From positions 11,493,691 to 11,557,690 of the forward strand of contig NC_069007.1 in assembly GCF_001194135.2 (NCBI RefSeq): DNA of 64,000 nucleotides. The letters are read 5' to 3'. Each line of letters opens with the position of its first letter. The first letter of the stretch is position 1. A model generated the notes under the pieces. That model was not told the DNA's origin. It was given only the letters and a program-made list of their open reading frames with translations, and searched no databases. Shown piece after piece: positions 21,993 through 35,262 of the stretch. Origin of the DNA: Octopus bimaculoides. Taxonomy: Eukaryota. Both the position numbers and the translations under genes were made by a program.

Positions 21993-23545
21993 CACCAAGG
22001 ATCAGTCCTCAGCTCCCTCTTGTTTATCATAATCCTCCAGGTCATAACAGAGAAATTGATGATGGGCTGCCCTTGGTAGCTCCTCTATGCTGATAACCTT
22101 GTTTTTATAGCTGAATCACTGCCAGAACTAGCGAAGAAATTTTGGGTGTGGAAGTAAGTTCTGGAATCAAAGGACCTTACAGTTAATTTAGCAAGGACCA
22201 AAGTCCTAGTAAGTAGTAAAACAAATCGCAAGTCCCTTCAGGGAGATGGCCTGGGCAAAGTTCAGAGAATTTCTGTCTTTGTTGATAGCGAAGGACTTCT
22301 CCCTCAGAGTGAAAGGTAGGTTGTATGATGTCTGCATATGAACAGTCATATTACATTGCAGTGAAACATGGGTTGTAACGAATGAAGGCTTGAAAGGAAT
22401 GAAGCTAGTATGCTCTGCTGAATGAGTAATTTCAATGTGCATGTATGATAGAGTGTAAGTGATTTAAGAGAAAAATTGGGTATAAGAAGCATCAGATGTA
22501 GTGTGCAAGAGAGAAGACTGCACTGGGTATGGTTATGTGATGCATATGGATGAGAACAGATGCATCAAGAAGTGCCAATCTCTAATTGTGGAGGGAACCT
22601 GTGGGATGAGGCGGTCTTTGTTTGTTGATTTTTGATTATTGAGCCTCATAGAGGAGATGACAAGGGATTGAGACTTCTGGCAATTTACTGTGTTTGAGGA
22701 AACTCATCAAACTAAGTGAAACCATGGCCATCCACACATACATGCATGTCCTTTTCAGCCATGTCCCACCTCACATACGCACACACACATTACTGGACAC
22801 CTGTCAAATCTCCTAGCAGACTTCTCCCCACTCCCACTCTCCCTTGTGCACCTCACCCACTGCAGGCCCCTTCCACTCTCTCATGGGTCTGTCTGCCCAC
22901 TCCACATGCCTTCACATATCTCTTCCTATTCACTCCCTTCCCCAGCCCCTCCAATTCCCATCACCATTACTTGCTACAGTCATGTCTTCCCCATCCCCAG
23001 ACATATCCCCTCACATTCTCATGGAACATCCCTCTCTGTCCCCGCTATACTACTTACACCTCACCTACTATCCCCTGTGGATAGACCCCAATACATCCCT
23101 ATACCATCTATGTCTCTCCGCCCTTCTCTCTCTCACCCTCACCTCCCAACTCTCTCCCAGCTCCTTTTCCCTTCCTTGGGTAGCCAAGTAACTCCTCTAT
23201 AATGAAATGACCATCTCTGTCCCCTCTATCATACCCTAACCTCTTGTCTGGCACACAGCTACTGCCCTTGGTTCCATTCCCTCTCTCAACTAAGAGGCCT
23301 TTGTCTCGTAAGTTACTTGGCAACCCTGCTGGTGCCAGGGTCACATAAAAAGCACCCATAAAAGGCACCTGTGACATTGACACATAAAACGCACCTAATA
23401 CCCTTTATACAGTGGTTGGCATTAAGAAGAAACCAAGCCAAATCAGAGATATGGAGCCTGGTGCAGCTCTCCACCTTACCACCTCTGGTCAAACCCTCTA
23501 ACTCATGCCATCATGGAAAACAGATGTTAGATGATGAGGATCAGA
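21993..23545 (+). mobile_element. 5'-truncated RTE-clade LINE (RT C-terminal half plus 3' UTR)
   Basis: HQGSVLSSLLFIII...LLYADNL (YADD motif at 22086), AWAKFRE, RVKGRLYDVCI, LHCSETW, LREKLGIRSIRCSVQERRLHW; in-frame stops; ends with the CATGGAAAACAGATGTTA-(GAT)n tail. Confidence 0.9.
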
Positions 23546-23742
23546 TCATCACTAACAACATCCTGTGCAGGTGTTGAGTTGAGAGGGTGGAGTTCAGCCC
23601 CTGTGCTCTCCTACCTTATCATTCTCCAGTTTATCAAATGTATCTATAAAAGACATATTTCTGCTGTTTAGAACAGTAAACTGCACCTCCCTTCAATACC
23701 TGTTGGCAAAAAGGTGTACCTGATCCAGAAAGGGGTACCTGA

Positions 23743-23964
23743 AGGCGGCGAACTGGCAGAAATGTTAGCAGGCCAGGTGAAATGCTTAGCAGTATTTCGA
23801 CTGTCTTTACGTTCTGAGTTCAAATTCCGCTGAGGTCGACTTTGCCTTTCATCCTTTCGGGGTAAATAAATCAAGTACCAGTTACGCACTGGGGTTGATA
23901 TAATCAACTTAATCCCTTTGTCTGTCCCCTCTCGGTGTAGCCCCTTGTGGCCAGTAAAGAAATA
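23743..23964 (+). mobile_element. Family A SINE (variant tail) with 16-bp target-site duplication
   Basis: agaaaggggtacctga at 23727-23742 and 23965-23980. Confidence 0.9.
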
Positions 23965-24582
23965 AGAAAGGGGTACCTGATCCACATAATGTTGAATGTT
24001 TCAATGATGAGCAAGAAGTAATCTAATTCATTGCCAAAAAGCAGTTTGGGGTTAAACCAGGATTCACTGAAGAAGTTTAATAAGATAGGAACATAGTCTT
24101 TACCTGGAATTGAACCCACATCCCAGACTTGGTTTACTACCCACTCCTCATTGCTTGTACAATCTTTCTGTACAGTACCACTTCACTATGAGAGGGTCAC
24201 CTGTGGGTGTAGTCACTAGCTTTGATCTTTTATCAAGGGACACTGTTTTACCTAGTCGTCAGCAGTTGGACTAATTAATACTCAGGTATTACTTCTAAGC
24301 CTTGTACCTGAATCACAGATCTTATTCCTAACACACCACCTACTTTGGATAAGACAGGGTGAAGGTTCAATATTAAACTTTCAACATTATATATTCAAAG
24401 ATGCGGTTTGATATTTTATATACTCAGATGTAATGTATACCTATGAGCACGTATATATAATGTGTGTGCACGTATACATACATGTGTGTGTGTGTGTGTG
24501 TATGTCTTTATATATATATGTGTCTCTGTGTGTACATATATTTATATATATGTATATATATGTATACATATATGTATGTATA

Positions 24583-24632
<50 letters not shown>

Positions 24633-25104
24633 TACATACATAGATGTATTTATATATACATATGCATATATTTATGAACACACACACACACATATCTATG
24701 TGTGTGTGTATTTATATATAATGTGTAATGCTCATCTATATTTAGGCAAATAGTTAAAAAAACTTTCATATATTATGCATAGATATTGGAATAAAATCTA
24801 TCAGATCATATATACATCAGGAATTAGATTGAATACACATGAGAAATATACAAATATATGATTTTACATTGGATGTATTTAAATAAAAATATATTTTATA
24901 AATATTAATATATGTGCATGTATGTATATTAACATGCATAGATATCAGATTAGATAGAAATTTGGAAAGACCAATTCTATGATTTTATATTTTTATTTTC
25001 AGTTCATTCTTGGACCCAAGCCATCAAAGAGAAATGGCTTTGATAGTTTTAATTTGAATATATCAGTTCTTACCGCTTTATCTGCTCGTTATTTTGCTGA
25101 TATT

Positions 25105-25521
25105 AAGGCAGCGAGCTGGCAGAATTGTTAGCATGCCCGGGTGAAATCCCTAGCAGTATTTCATCTGCCGCTACATTCTGAGTTCAAATTCTGCCGAGGC
25201 CGACTTTGCCTTTCATCTTTTCGGGGTTCAATAAATTAAGTACCAGTTGAGTACTGGGGCCGATATTATTGATTATCCCCTTCCCTCACATTTCAGGAAT
25301 TGTGCCTATTATAGAAAAGAATTATTAGCATGCTGGATGAAATGCGTAGCAGTATTTTGTCTGCCGCTACATTCTGAGTTCAAATTCCACCAAGGTCGAC
25401 TTTGCCTTTCATCCTTTCGGGGTCGATAAATTAAGTACCAGTTACGCACTGAGGTCGATCTAATCCACTTACCCGCTCCCTCCACGTTTGCAGGCCTTGT
25501 GCTTATAATAGAAGGATTATT
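25105..25521 (+). mobile_element. Two tandem family A SINEs (second 5'-truncated)
   Basis: Two GAGTTCAAATT box B and central-domain copies in the same orientation. Confidence 0.85.
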
Positions 25522-26211
25522 TTGATGATCTTTTTTGTGAGAAATTGCTAAGTCAACCTTGGCCTGAAGCAATGTAACTGCCAGACACACACACATTTGT
25601 GTTTAATATTTGTCTTTTTGTATCCATGAAGTCTCAGGTTCAATACCACTCTACAACATCTAGTAAAACTAAATTTTGCCCTGATGTCGGCCTAAGCTTG
25701 TGGATGAGAGTGCAGACATGGCAATTATGTGGGAAGCCTTGTTACACCATATCACATTGTTTCTACTTGAGAGTTACATCAAAAATATGCACACATCTGT
25801 GGAATACCCAGCCATGTCCCTTCGTTTAACATCCATTATCTATTTATAAATGCATAATGTGTTCGTTATCAGATTTGAAAATCTAAAGTAATAAGCTGAA
25901 ATGATAAAATATATACACAAGCAAATCAAAACACTCAAAGGTTGTTATATTTAATATATATACACACAACTGAAAATATATAGTTATTAACTTTTTTGAA
26001 AATACACAATAATATATTCTAATAATAGATGCATAAAACAAACAGGAAATAGATATACATAATCAATGTATAAATGGAGTGGATGTACACATATATATGT
26101 GTATATATGTATATATATATATCAGTATCGATATCTATCTATCTATTTATCCATCTCTCTCTCTCTCTCTCCCTCTCTCTCTCCCTCTCTCTCTCTCTCC
26201 ACCCCTCTCTA

Positions 26212-26261
<50 letters not shown>

Positions 26262-26271
26262 NNNNNNNNNN

Positions 26272-26314
<43 letters not shown>

Positions 26315-26455
26315 ACACATACATCTGTATATAAATATATACACACATATGTATCTATACAGATATAAATATGTATATTTATATATATATAAATATATGT
26401 ATATATGAATATATGTATATGTATATACATATGTACATATATGTATATATATGTA

Positions 26456-26506
<51 letters not shown>

Positions 26507-26648
26507 NNNNNNNNNNNNNNNNNNNNNNNNNNNNNNNNNNNNNNNNNNNNNNNNNNNNNNNNNNNNNNNNNNNNNNNNNNNNNNNNNNNNNNNNNNNNNN
26601 NNNNNNNNNNNNNNNNNNNNNNNNNNNNNNNNNNNNNNNNNNNNNNNN

Positions 26649-26692
<44 letters not shown>

Positions 26693-27628
26693 GTATTTTG
26701 TATTTAATAGAGAAAGGAGGGAATGCAATAAAATTAATCAATAAAAACTAATGAAGGAATTGAGATAAAGGAAAATTTGAAAACTATTTGCAACGTAAAT
26801 GGATGAAAAGTGAGGACGGTTTATGATGGATAAAGAGGGAGGTGAAGGAAGAATGATGAAGGGGACTGACGTTGGTGGGTGGGGTGAGGTTATGGCGAGG
26901 GAACATAAACATCAGGTTTTTATGGATTTCATAAAGTTTGACAAGATAATTGTATTTGTACTGCCTATTGATATTGTGTATACAGATGCATGTGGGGGGG
27001 GGNNNNNNNNNNNNNNNNNNNNNNNNNNNNNNNNNNNNNNNNNNNNNNNNNNNNNNNNNNNNNNNNNNNNNNNNNNNNNNNNNNNNNNNNNNNNNNNNNN
27101 NNNNNNNNNNNNNNNNNNNNNNNNNNNNNNNNNNNNNNNNNNNNNNNNNNNNNNNNNNNNNNNNNNNNNNNNNNNNNNNNNNNNNNNNNNNNNNNNNNNN
27201 NNNNNNNNNNNNNNNNNNNNNNNNNNNNNNNNNNNNNNNNNNNNNNNNNNNNNNNNNNNNNNNNNNNNNNNNNNNNNNNNNNNNNNNNNNNNNNNNNNNN
27301 NNNNNNNNNNNNNNNNNNNNNNNNNNNNNNNNNNNNNNNNNNNNNNNNNNNNNNNNNNNNNNNNNNNNNNNNNNNNNNNNNNNNNNNNNNNNNNNNNNNN
27401 NNNNNNNNNNNNNNNNNNNNNNNNNNNNNNNNNNNNNNNNNNNNNNNNNNNNNNNNNNNNNNNNNNNNNNNNNNNNNNNNNNNNNNNNNNNNNNNNNNNN
27501 NNNNNNNNNNNNNNNNNNNNNNNNNNNNNNNNNNNNNNNNNNNNNNNNNNNNNNNNNNNNNNNNNNNNNNNNNNNNNNNNNNNNNNNNNNNNNNNNNNNN
27601 NNNNNNNNNNNNNNNNNNNNNNNNNNNN

Positions 27629-27668
<40 letters not shown>

Positions 27669-28573
27669 TGTATGCATTTTTGTGTTCGTTTATTTTTTTT
27701 TAAATTGCAAGATAGAAGTGGTGGTGGTGGTGGAGAGGTGTTATTTCCTCTGACAACAAATCCTCCTCTACTTCCTACATTTGAAAATGTGTAAAATAAG
27801 AGACCCCTTACTCTAAATTAATAAGGGTCAGCATCAGTGAGGCTATTCTACTGTAAAAGAATAACTGTCAGGAAGTCATCAAACTCATGCTAGTATGGAA
27901 AAATGGACATAAAAACAAATGGAAGGTCACTCTTTCACTTCAAAGATGAAGTAAAAGGCAATCTGAAGTGATGCAACATTCCTTTTTCTTCCTGGAAAAA
28001 CAAAGCATCAGGACATGGAACCTGGCACCAGTCCTCATTTCAAAGATTTGAGCAAAGTTGACTCCAACATTGGGCCCAACTTTGTGCAAGCTTGAATGCA
28101 CGCTGGGAAAATGCTGTTCCTTTAAATGGAAACCTTACTTGTCATTGTGAGTTTGTGGCATGAAACAAAGCAGGCCTTGCTGTCCACTCAAGAAAACACA
28201 TAGGAAATGATCCTCAAGCAAACTGAGTCCCCAACTTAAAGTACCTCAGGATCAGTAAAGTTTGAAACCCACTTTCGTATGATGGCACCTTCACAATCAT
28301 TAAAGAGGAAGCACAAATAAAGAGACATGGTTGTAACACAATCAAGTTTTTCAATCAAAAAGCAGGTTAAACAGTTTACATGTGGTAGAAGAATGACTCA
28401 GCAAAACATAGCTTCTCTAATACAACAACAGCGAGTGTATGTGTTGTCCAGTTTATTTCTGGGCACCTAAGAGCAGGAAAGCAACAACAAACCAAATCAA
28501 GAATATTCTTTAATACACAACTTTGATTATGCCTCTGTACACTGTGTGTGTTCTTTAATATAAAAAAGTTTAA

Positions 28574-28795
28574 CCCTTTTGTTACCATATTTCTGTTGAG
28601 ATGCTCTGTGTTTCTTTCAATTAATTTTAAATTTAACAAAGAATTTAGTAAAATAACTTAGTAATCATTAAGCTTGTGTTAGGAACATAAATTGTGACTA
28701 AGGTTTGGTGGAAGATTTTAATTCAGAAATTATGAAAACAAGACATTTGTACTACAGAGCCAGAGGCTGTTTCAGGCAGGTTGGTATCAAAAGGG
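28574..28795. mobile_element. piggyBac-type MITE, 222 bp
   Basis: TTAA|CCCTTTTGTTACCA ... TGGTATCAAAAGGG|TTAA: TIRs starting CCC with a TTAA duplication. Confidence 0.85.
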
Positions 28796-28826
28796 TTAAG
28801 AATTTTTTCTCTATTCTATATTTTAA

Positions 28827-29029
28827 CCCTTTTGTTACTTATTTCTGTTGAGATGCTCTGTGTTTCTTTCAATTAATTTTAAATATAACAAAGAATTTAG
28901 TAAAATAACTTAGTTATCATTAAGCTAGTGTTAGGAACATAAATTGTGACCTAAGGTTTGTGGAAGATTTTAATTCAGAAATTATGAAAGCAAGATATTT
29001 GTACCTCAGAGGCGGTTTCAGCCAGGTTG
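28827..29029. mobile_element. Second copy of the same MITE, right end replaced by a family A SINE head
   Basis: Near-identical internal sequence starting TTAA|CCCTTTTGTTAC; SINE head follows at ~29033. Confidence 0.8.
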
Positions 29030-29788
29030 ATAGGCTGGGAGCTGTCAGAATAATTACGGCATGAGGCAAAATGCTTAGCGGCATTTCATCTGTTTTTATC
29101 AGCACCCTGCCTCAGACTGAAGACTGTTATTGAGGGGAAAGGTGTAATTTTAACAGACACATATTATTGTTTGTAAGCCCTTCATGGGTGAATGAAGTTT
29201 AAAAACACTCCATTGTGTAGTGCTCCCCTACTGCAAGCTTTTGGATTTGGTCAAAGTACCAATCCTTCAGCTTTCAATCGAGTGCAGGAATTAAAACAAA
29301 GAAAGGTGCTAATAACAAGTAATATGTTACAGCCAAAAATAATCTAAACTGAATGGAAGGGTTAAGAGGAGGAAACATTCTTTGGAATAATTAGGGGTGA
29401 AGGGTTAGATTGGATGATAAATTCAAGGAGAGAGAGAGATAGAGAGATTTAGTGAGATTTAGTGGGATTTGAACTCAGACTGCAAAGAACCAAAGCAGTT
29501 TCCTGAAAAAAATTTGTCCAATTCCCTGATTTTTATCAATTCAGGGAAAATGAAAGGTAAAGTCACCTGTTGCATACTTTGAACTTTGAATGTAAGGATG
29601 GAACTAAATACTGTTTGTGGAGTCTTCTATTATAAGAATTGCATTCACATGTAGGATTCTTCATAGGAAAGTACACTGTCTCCATTGTTTGACTGGTATT
29701 TTATTGTCTACTAAATGAAGAAAGGTAAAGTTGATTTTGGTCTCCTATTGTAGATTTATTCATGTTTACATTACTTTATAGAAATATT

Positions 29789-30232
29789 CTTCTCTACTCT
29801 AGGTACAAGGCTTGAAATTTTGGGGGAGGAGGGAAGTTGATTACATCGACTCCAGTGTGCAACTGGTACTTAATTTATCAATCCTGAAAGGATGAAAGGC
29901 AAAGTTGACCTCGGCGGAATTTGAACTCAGAACGTAAAGACAAACGACATACCACTAAGCATTTTGCCCGGCATGCTAATGTTTCTACCAGCTCACCACC
30001 TTCCTTTATAGAAATATTCTTTTCTACTCTAGGCACAAGGCCCGAAATTTGGGGGGAAGGGTCCAGTTGATTAGATCGAGCCCATTATACAACTGGTACT
30101 TAATTTATCAACCTTGAAAGGATGAAAGGCAAAGTCAACCTCGGCGGAATTTGAACTCAGAACATTAAGACAAACAAAATACTACTAAGCATTTCGCCTG
30201 GTGTGCTAATGATTCTGCCAGCTTGGCACCTT
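29789..30232 (-). mobile_element. Two family A SINEs in tandem bracketed by three copies of a 15-bp target duplication
   Basis: actttatagaaatat at 29773, 30003 (one mismatch) and 30233; period 230 bp. Confidence 0.85.
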
Positions 30233-31232
30233 ACTTTATAGAAATATGATCTCAACACTAGTACTTGACTTGTACTTTATTTCATTGACCTCAAATAGGT
30301 GAAAGACAAAATTAGTGTATAACATCTATTTGTCTATAATTTGCATTTGTATGTAATGTGAACCACTGGCTGCAGGATCTGCCATGAAAAATATCTATGT
30401 AAAATATACACTGATTTTTCTTTAGTGTTACTATGTTTGGGAAAAGAAGTGTTTAACCAGGTTTATTATAATTGTTGTTTAAAATATACTAAACAACTTC
30501 ACATCTCCTACACAAAACAAGCAAGCAAATTCAAAAGTGTCTTTGAACTTTATGAAGTTGTAAAAGTGCCAGATGTAAAGTCATTAATGTAAAAACCACA
30601 TGATCATGTTTTTTTTCCTCTATAAAATCAATTTCAGTTTGATAGTGACAGTATATTTTAATGAATTTTTCCACAGTTTTACTGTTCACTTTGTACAGTG
30701 ATCTACACATGGTTGTACTTTCCTGTTTTGAGATTTTCTTCAGATTTTTGTTTTAAGCATGATCTTGCAAAATTTTTTTAATTAAAGAACAGTTTTTAAT
30801 CAGAAGCTTAATAAATTCAGACACAACATTTAAAATTTTCATGAAGTGATAAAAATATTTGAAACACTTCAGTGTTTCCTATGTAATTCCATGGGACATT
30901 TATGGTGAGTCTTTTAGTTTATTTTTAGTGGGAATTTCTGCTAGGCAAACAAGAAAAAATCTGTGTTTTGTTGCTTCTCAATGTCAGTTTTATTGTTTAA
31001 TTACTTCAGATCAACAATTTAGAACAAAACTTTGCTGCTTTTAGTTGGACATTGAGTGATAGGGTTTCTGATGTGGAAATATGTATATAAACACGTCACA
31101 AACATTTCATATATTATCACTTTGATTTCTGTTGTGAGAATAATTAAAAAAAGAAATGCATAACGACCATTTAATATATCAACTCTACCATAGGAACATG
31201 TAACATTATTGTAACAATTCTTATTAACGCAG

Positions 31233-32010
31233 GTCCTATCATTCCAAACATGGCCACCCATGTGAGACTGGGAAAAATATTAACATTTAGTTCTAATGTA
31301 TAGTGTGTATCCCTAATATTTAGATGTAAAAGTGTGGAGAATGTGTGTCTAATTTACGAATAAAGATGGTAACTTTATTAATTGAAACCTCCTCTGACCT
31401 GGATAGACAGAAAGTTAAGTTAATCTTGGATTTCTAGTATAATTCCTTTTGGATCGAGAATACTTTATAAGGATATTAAATTGATCTTAGTATATGACTG
31501 ATAATGTTGTTTTATTAACCTTGAAATGCTGAAAGGCAATGGTATCCCATATAATCTGAGAACTAAGATTATGGTAAATTTGTAATATTCCAGTTTCAAT
31601 TGACAATGTTTTTCTTAGGATGTGGTAAGTACTTATAAGAACAATGTTTTGCAATGCCAATACCTCAGGGTTTCCTGATATGTGGCCATATTGTCTAAGA
31701 GAGCTTTTGGTACTGTCTTTGTGGTGGGGCTCCAATGATTATATGTACAGTTGTTGTTCCTAGGGGCCACATTTTTGAGACTGTTTCAAAGTCTTAATAT
31801 TCGCTTCCCAGAAGTCTTAAGGTCTGCTGGAATTCACATATCTTTGAGTAAAAATGTTTTGTTAACGTGATTATTTACCACAATATCTGCTCTATTGACC
31901 TGAATGGCATAGTTATCATTATTATTATGTTTGACTTTTGTTTTGCATTTGTACAAGTTGGATCCAAGTCTCACCCAGAGACCTCAAGAGACAACAAGTT
32001 AGAAGTTCAT
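31233..32010 (+). CDS. Candidate chain of four short phase-compatible exons (31233-31261, 31594-31624, 31764-31847, 31958-32010)
   Basis: AG/GT boundaries including GTGAGA and GTAAGT donors; spliced reading PIIPNMATHFQLTMFFLGCGATFLRLFQSLNIRFPEVLRSAGIHISLIGSKSHPETSRDNKLEVH; family not recognised. Confidence 0.25.
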
Positions 32011-32024
32011 GTAGGTGTTATGCC

Positions 32025-32080
<56 letters not shown>

Positions 32081-32381
32081 TTCTTCAACTTATAATGAAG
32101 GAGCAAATATTCAACCTCTCAAGCTGTGTATACAAAATTGAAATTAAAATATTTATGACTTTCAACAAATGTAAAAAAAAATTTTTTTAAGTGTCATACT
32201 GTCATAATTAGATGATAAAAATTCAACAGGATTCAAATTGGTCTTAACGTCGAATGAGACAATATGCTAGAAATAGCAGTCAACCTCATTCAAATGACAC
32301 ATTCCAGCTTTAAAAAACAAAGCACGCTATGAATAATGTAGTCTTAGATAACTATGTCCATAAAGCAAAGATATATATATA

Positions 32382-32793
32382 GGCGCAGGCATGGCTATGT
32401 GGTAAGAAGCTTGCTTCTCAACTACATGGTTCTGGGTTCAGTTCTACTCTGTGGCACCTTGGGCAGGTGTCTTCTACTATAGCTTCAGGCTGACCAAAGC
32501 CTTGTAAGTGAATTTGATAGACGGAAACTGAAAGAAGCCTATAGTATATATATATATACACACACACGTGTGTGTGTGTGTGTATATATAAATGTATATG
32601 TTTGTGTGTCTGTTTTGTCGCTTGACAACTGATGTTGGCATGTTTATATCCCTGTAACTTAGTGGTTCAGCTAAAGAGATTGATAGAATAAGTACTAGGC
32701 TTACAAAGAATAAGTCCTGGGGTTGATTTGCATGACTAGCATGTTTGACCATTTGTTGACGATTTGTTTGACCAGCATGGTCACAGTCAAATG
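32382..32793 (+). mobile_element. SINE family B
   Basis: GGCGCAGGCATGGCTATGTGGTAAG head, GGTTCAGTTC box B, GTGGCACCTTGGGCAGGTG CORE-like segment. Confidence 0.85.
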
Positions 32794-33326
32794 AGTGTGT
32801 GTTTATATATATACACATAAATGAAAGAAAGATCCAAGGTTGGAGGGGTGTAGGAAGAAAGTGATACACACACACACACATATACATATATATATATGGG
32901 CTGGTCATAACTAGATTATCTTTAATCATCACTTGCATGGGTGTTGCGTTGAGCAAGTGCTAGACACCAACAAAAACAACAATGGCAACACAAAAAGTTA
33001 AAAAGGAGAGTACTATGTAGATGCCTGGTTAGCTAGAAAGAGCAGCCAATTCATACACTCACTAGATCATGTGGTACATATATGTGAAAATATAAATAGG
33101 TATGGTAATGAATGACACTTTTGATCATAGTTCTACTGCCCTGAGATAAATAAAAATAATAATTGTTTATTAGTGGTCATTGAAACCCAACACAGGTCAT
33201 TAAATTTTAGACACAGTGAGCTTCCACCCAGTTTCCACTCAAGAGGGGTTGCTTTAACAGGTCATGATAAACAGGTGCACAAGATGAAGCGCAGAACCAC
33301 ATTATCCAGTGTTATTTCTTATTAAA

Positions 33327-33706
33327 GGAGGTGCAATGGCCCAGTGGTTAGGGCAGTGGACTCGCAGTCATAGGATCGCTGTTTCGATTCCCAGACCGGG
33401 TGTTGTGAGTGTTTATTGAGCGAAAACACCTAAAGCTCCACGAGTCTCCGGCAGGGGATGGTGGCAAACCCTGCTGTACTCTTTCACCACAACTTTCTCT
33501 CACTCTTTCTTCCTGTTTCTGTTGTACCTGTAATTTAAAGGGGTCAGCCTTGTCACACTGTGTCACGCTGAATATCCCCGAGAACTACGTTAAGGATACA
33601 CGTGTCTGTGGAGTTATCAGCCACTTGCACGTTAATTTCACGAGCAGGCTGTTCCATTGATCAGATCAACTGGAACCCTCGATGTCGTAAGCAACGGAGT
33701 GTCAAC
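33327..33706 (+). mobile_element. SINE family D (~380 bp, tRNA head)
   Basis: TGGCCCAGTGGTTAGGGC box A, GTTTCGATTCCC box B; homologous to 34190-34567 and 47197-47575. Confidence 0.85.
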
Positions 33707-33860
33707 ACCCACATATTTTTTATTAAGAGAGTAGGGAATTTAAAGGGGAGTTTGGCTGTTATTTCTTGCAAGTCAAAACCCCACGTAAAGGCTTCCTCTT
33801 TGGTTTGTATATGTTGAAGTTAAAAGTTAAAAGACAGCAGCAGACACTGTGATCGTTTAA

Positions 33861-34032
33861 CCCTTTAGCATTCAGATTTCTCTGTCATATTGCTTATTTC
33901 TTCACATTGGTTTAAATTAATCATTCATTACCTCGTAGCTTCAAGATTTCGATGACATCATTGTTTATTTTGAGAATAACATTGTAGGATAGAATATTTT
34001 AGTCAAATATGACCGGTTTAAGTGCTAAAGGG
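33861..34032. mobile_element. piggyBac-type MITE (second family), internally deleted
   Basis: TTAA|CCCTTTAGCA...TGCTAAAGGG|TTAA; internal sequence is the reverse complement of 62695-62920. Confidence 0.85.
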
Positions 34033-34189
34033 TTAATATCAAAATGTTTACCATAAACTGGATTATCCACTGGATTAAATTCATCCTATGTTTTAAAGAC
34101 AAAGTGGAAATCAGTTTTTATATTTAATGATTTATATTATCACTTTTAGTTTTCGTATATGCAATGCACAACTTGCCTGCTTGAACATA

Positions 34190-34567
34190 ACACTCCGTTG
34201 GTTAAGACAGTGAGGGTTCCAGTTGATCCGATTACTGGAACAGCCTGCTCGTGAAATTAATGTGCAAGTGGCTGAGCACTCCACAGACATGTGTACCCTT
34301 AACGTAGTTCTTGGGGGAGAGTCAGCATGACACAGAGTGTGACAAGGCCGGCCCTTTGAAAAACAGGTACAACAGAAACAGGAAGAAAGAGTGAGAGAAA
34401 GTTGTGGTGAAAGAGTACAGCAGGGTTCGCCACCACCCCTTGTAAGAGCCTCATGGAGCTTTAGGTGTTTTCACTCAATAAACACTCACAACGCCTGGTC
34501 TGGGAATCGAAACCGCGCTCCTATAACTGCGAGTCTGCTGCCATAACCACTGGGCCATTGCGCATCC
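34190..34567 (-). mobile_element. SINE family D
   Basis: Reverse complement of 33327-33706. Confidence 0.85.
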
Positions 34568-35262
34568 ACATAAATACATATATATATCTTACATACTTTC
34601 TTTCTGAGACCCTGAAGGAGGATCTATGGTTGGAAAGACATTTCTTAAAGGAAGTTCCTGTACTTCCAATGTATTTCCTTGGATGTGTGGAGTCAGTGTC
34701 ATGTCTACTATTGCTGTTGTTGTTGCTGCTACCACTGCTGCAGTTGGTGCTGTTCTTGTTGTTGCAATTGTAGTTGTCGAGACTGATAGAATAAGTGCCA
34801 GGCATTAAAAAAGAATGGTACTGAGATCAAATCCTTCAAGGTGGTGCTCCAGCATGGCCACAGTCTCATGGCTGAAACAAGTAAAAGCTAAAACATGTTT
34901 GTATTTGTGTGTATATATTTACATTCGCACCCTTCTGATTAATGTCACTCATTTCAAGCGATGGGGTTGTTGTTGTTGTTGTTGTTGTTGTCGATTCTCC
35001 AGTCAAGAAATTGTTTGCCCCTTTCACACCTTCATAACCATGTCAAATAAGAGATCCCTCACTTCAAAATTTAATAAGGATTAACAACTGGAAGGGCATC
35101 CGACTATAAAACAGTATCTTGATAATATATTCACCTAACCCATGCCAGCATCGCAAAACTGACGTAAAATGAGTAAGCAAACACAGAGAAAGAGAGATAT
35201 AGATAGAGAAACTAAGTCCTCAACCTAATCATAACACAATATCTTGGTACAACATTTCCTAT

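Noticed and set aside
26784-27794. Long ORFs of 230-430 aa (also 35.5-36.9, 40.3-41.4, 48.7-49.6 and 58.3-58.8 kb)
   Set aside because: Open only because they cross N gaps.
30865-30904. CFLCNSMGH zinc-knuckle-like reading
   Set aside because: The fourth ligand depends on an uncertain splice, and the frame is closed just upstream.
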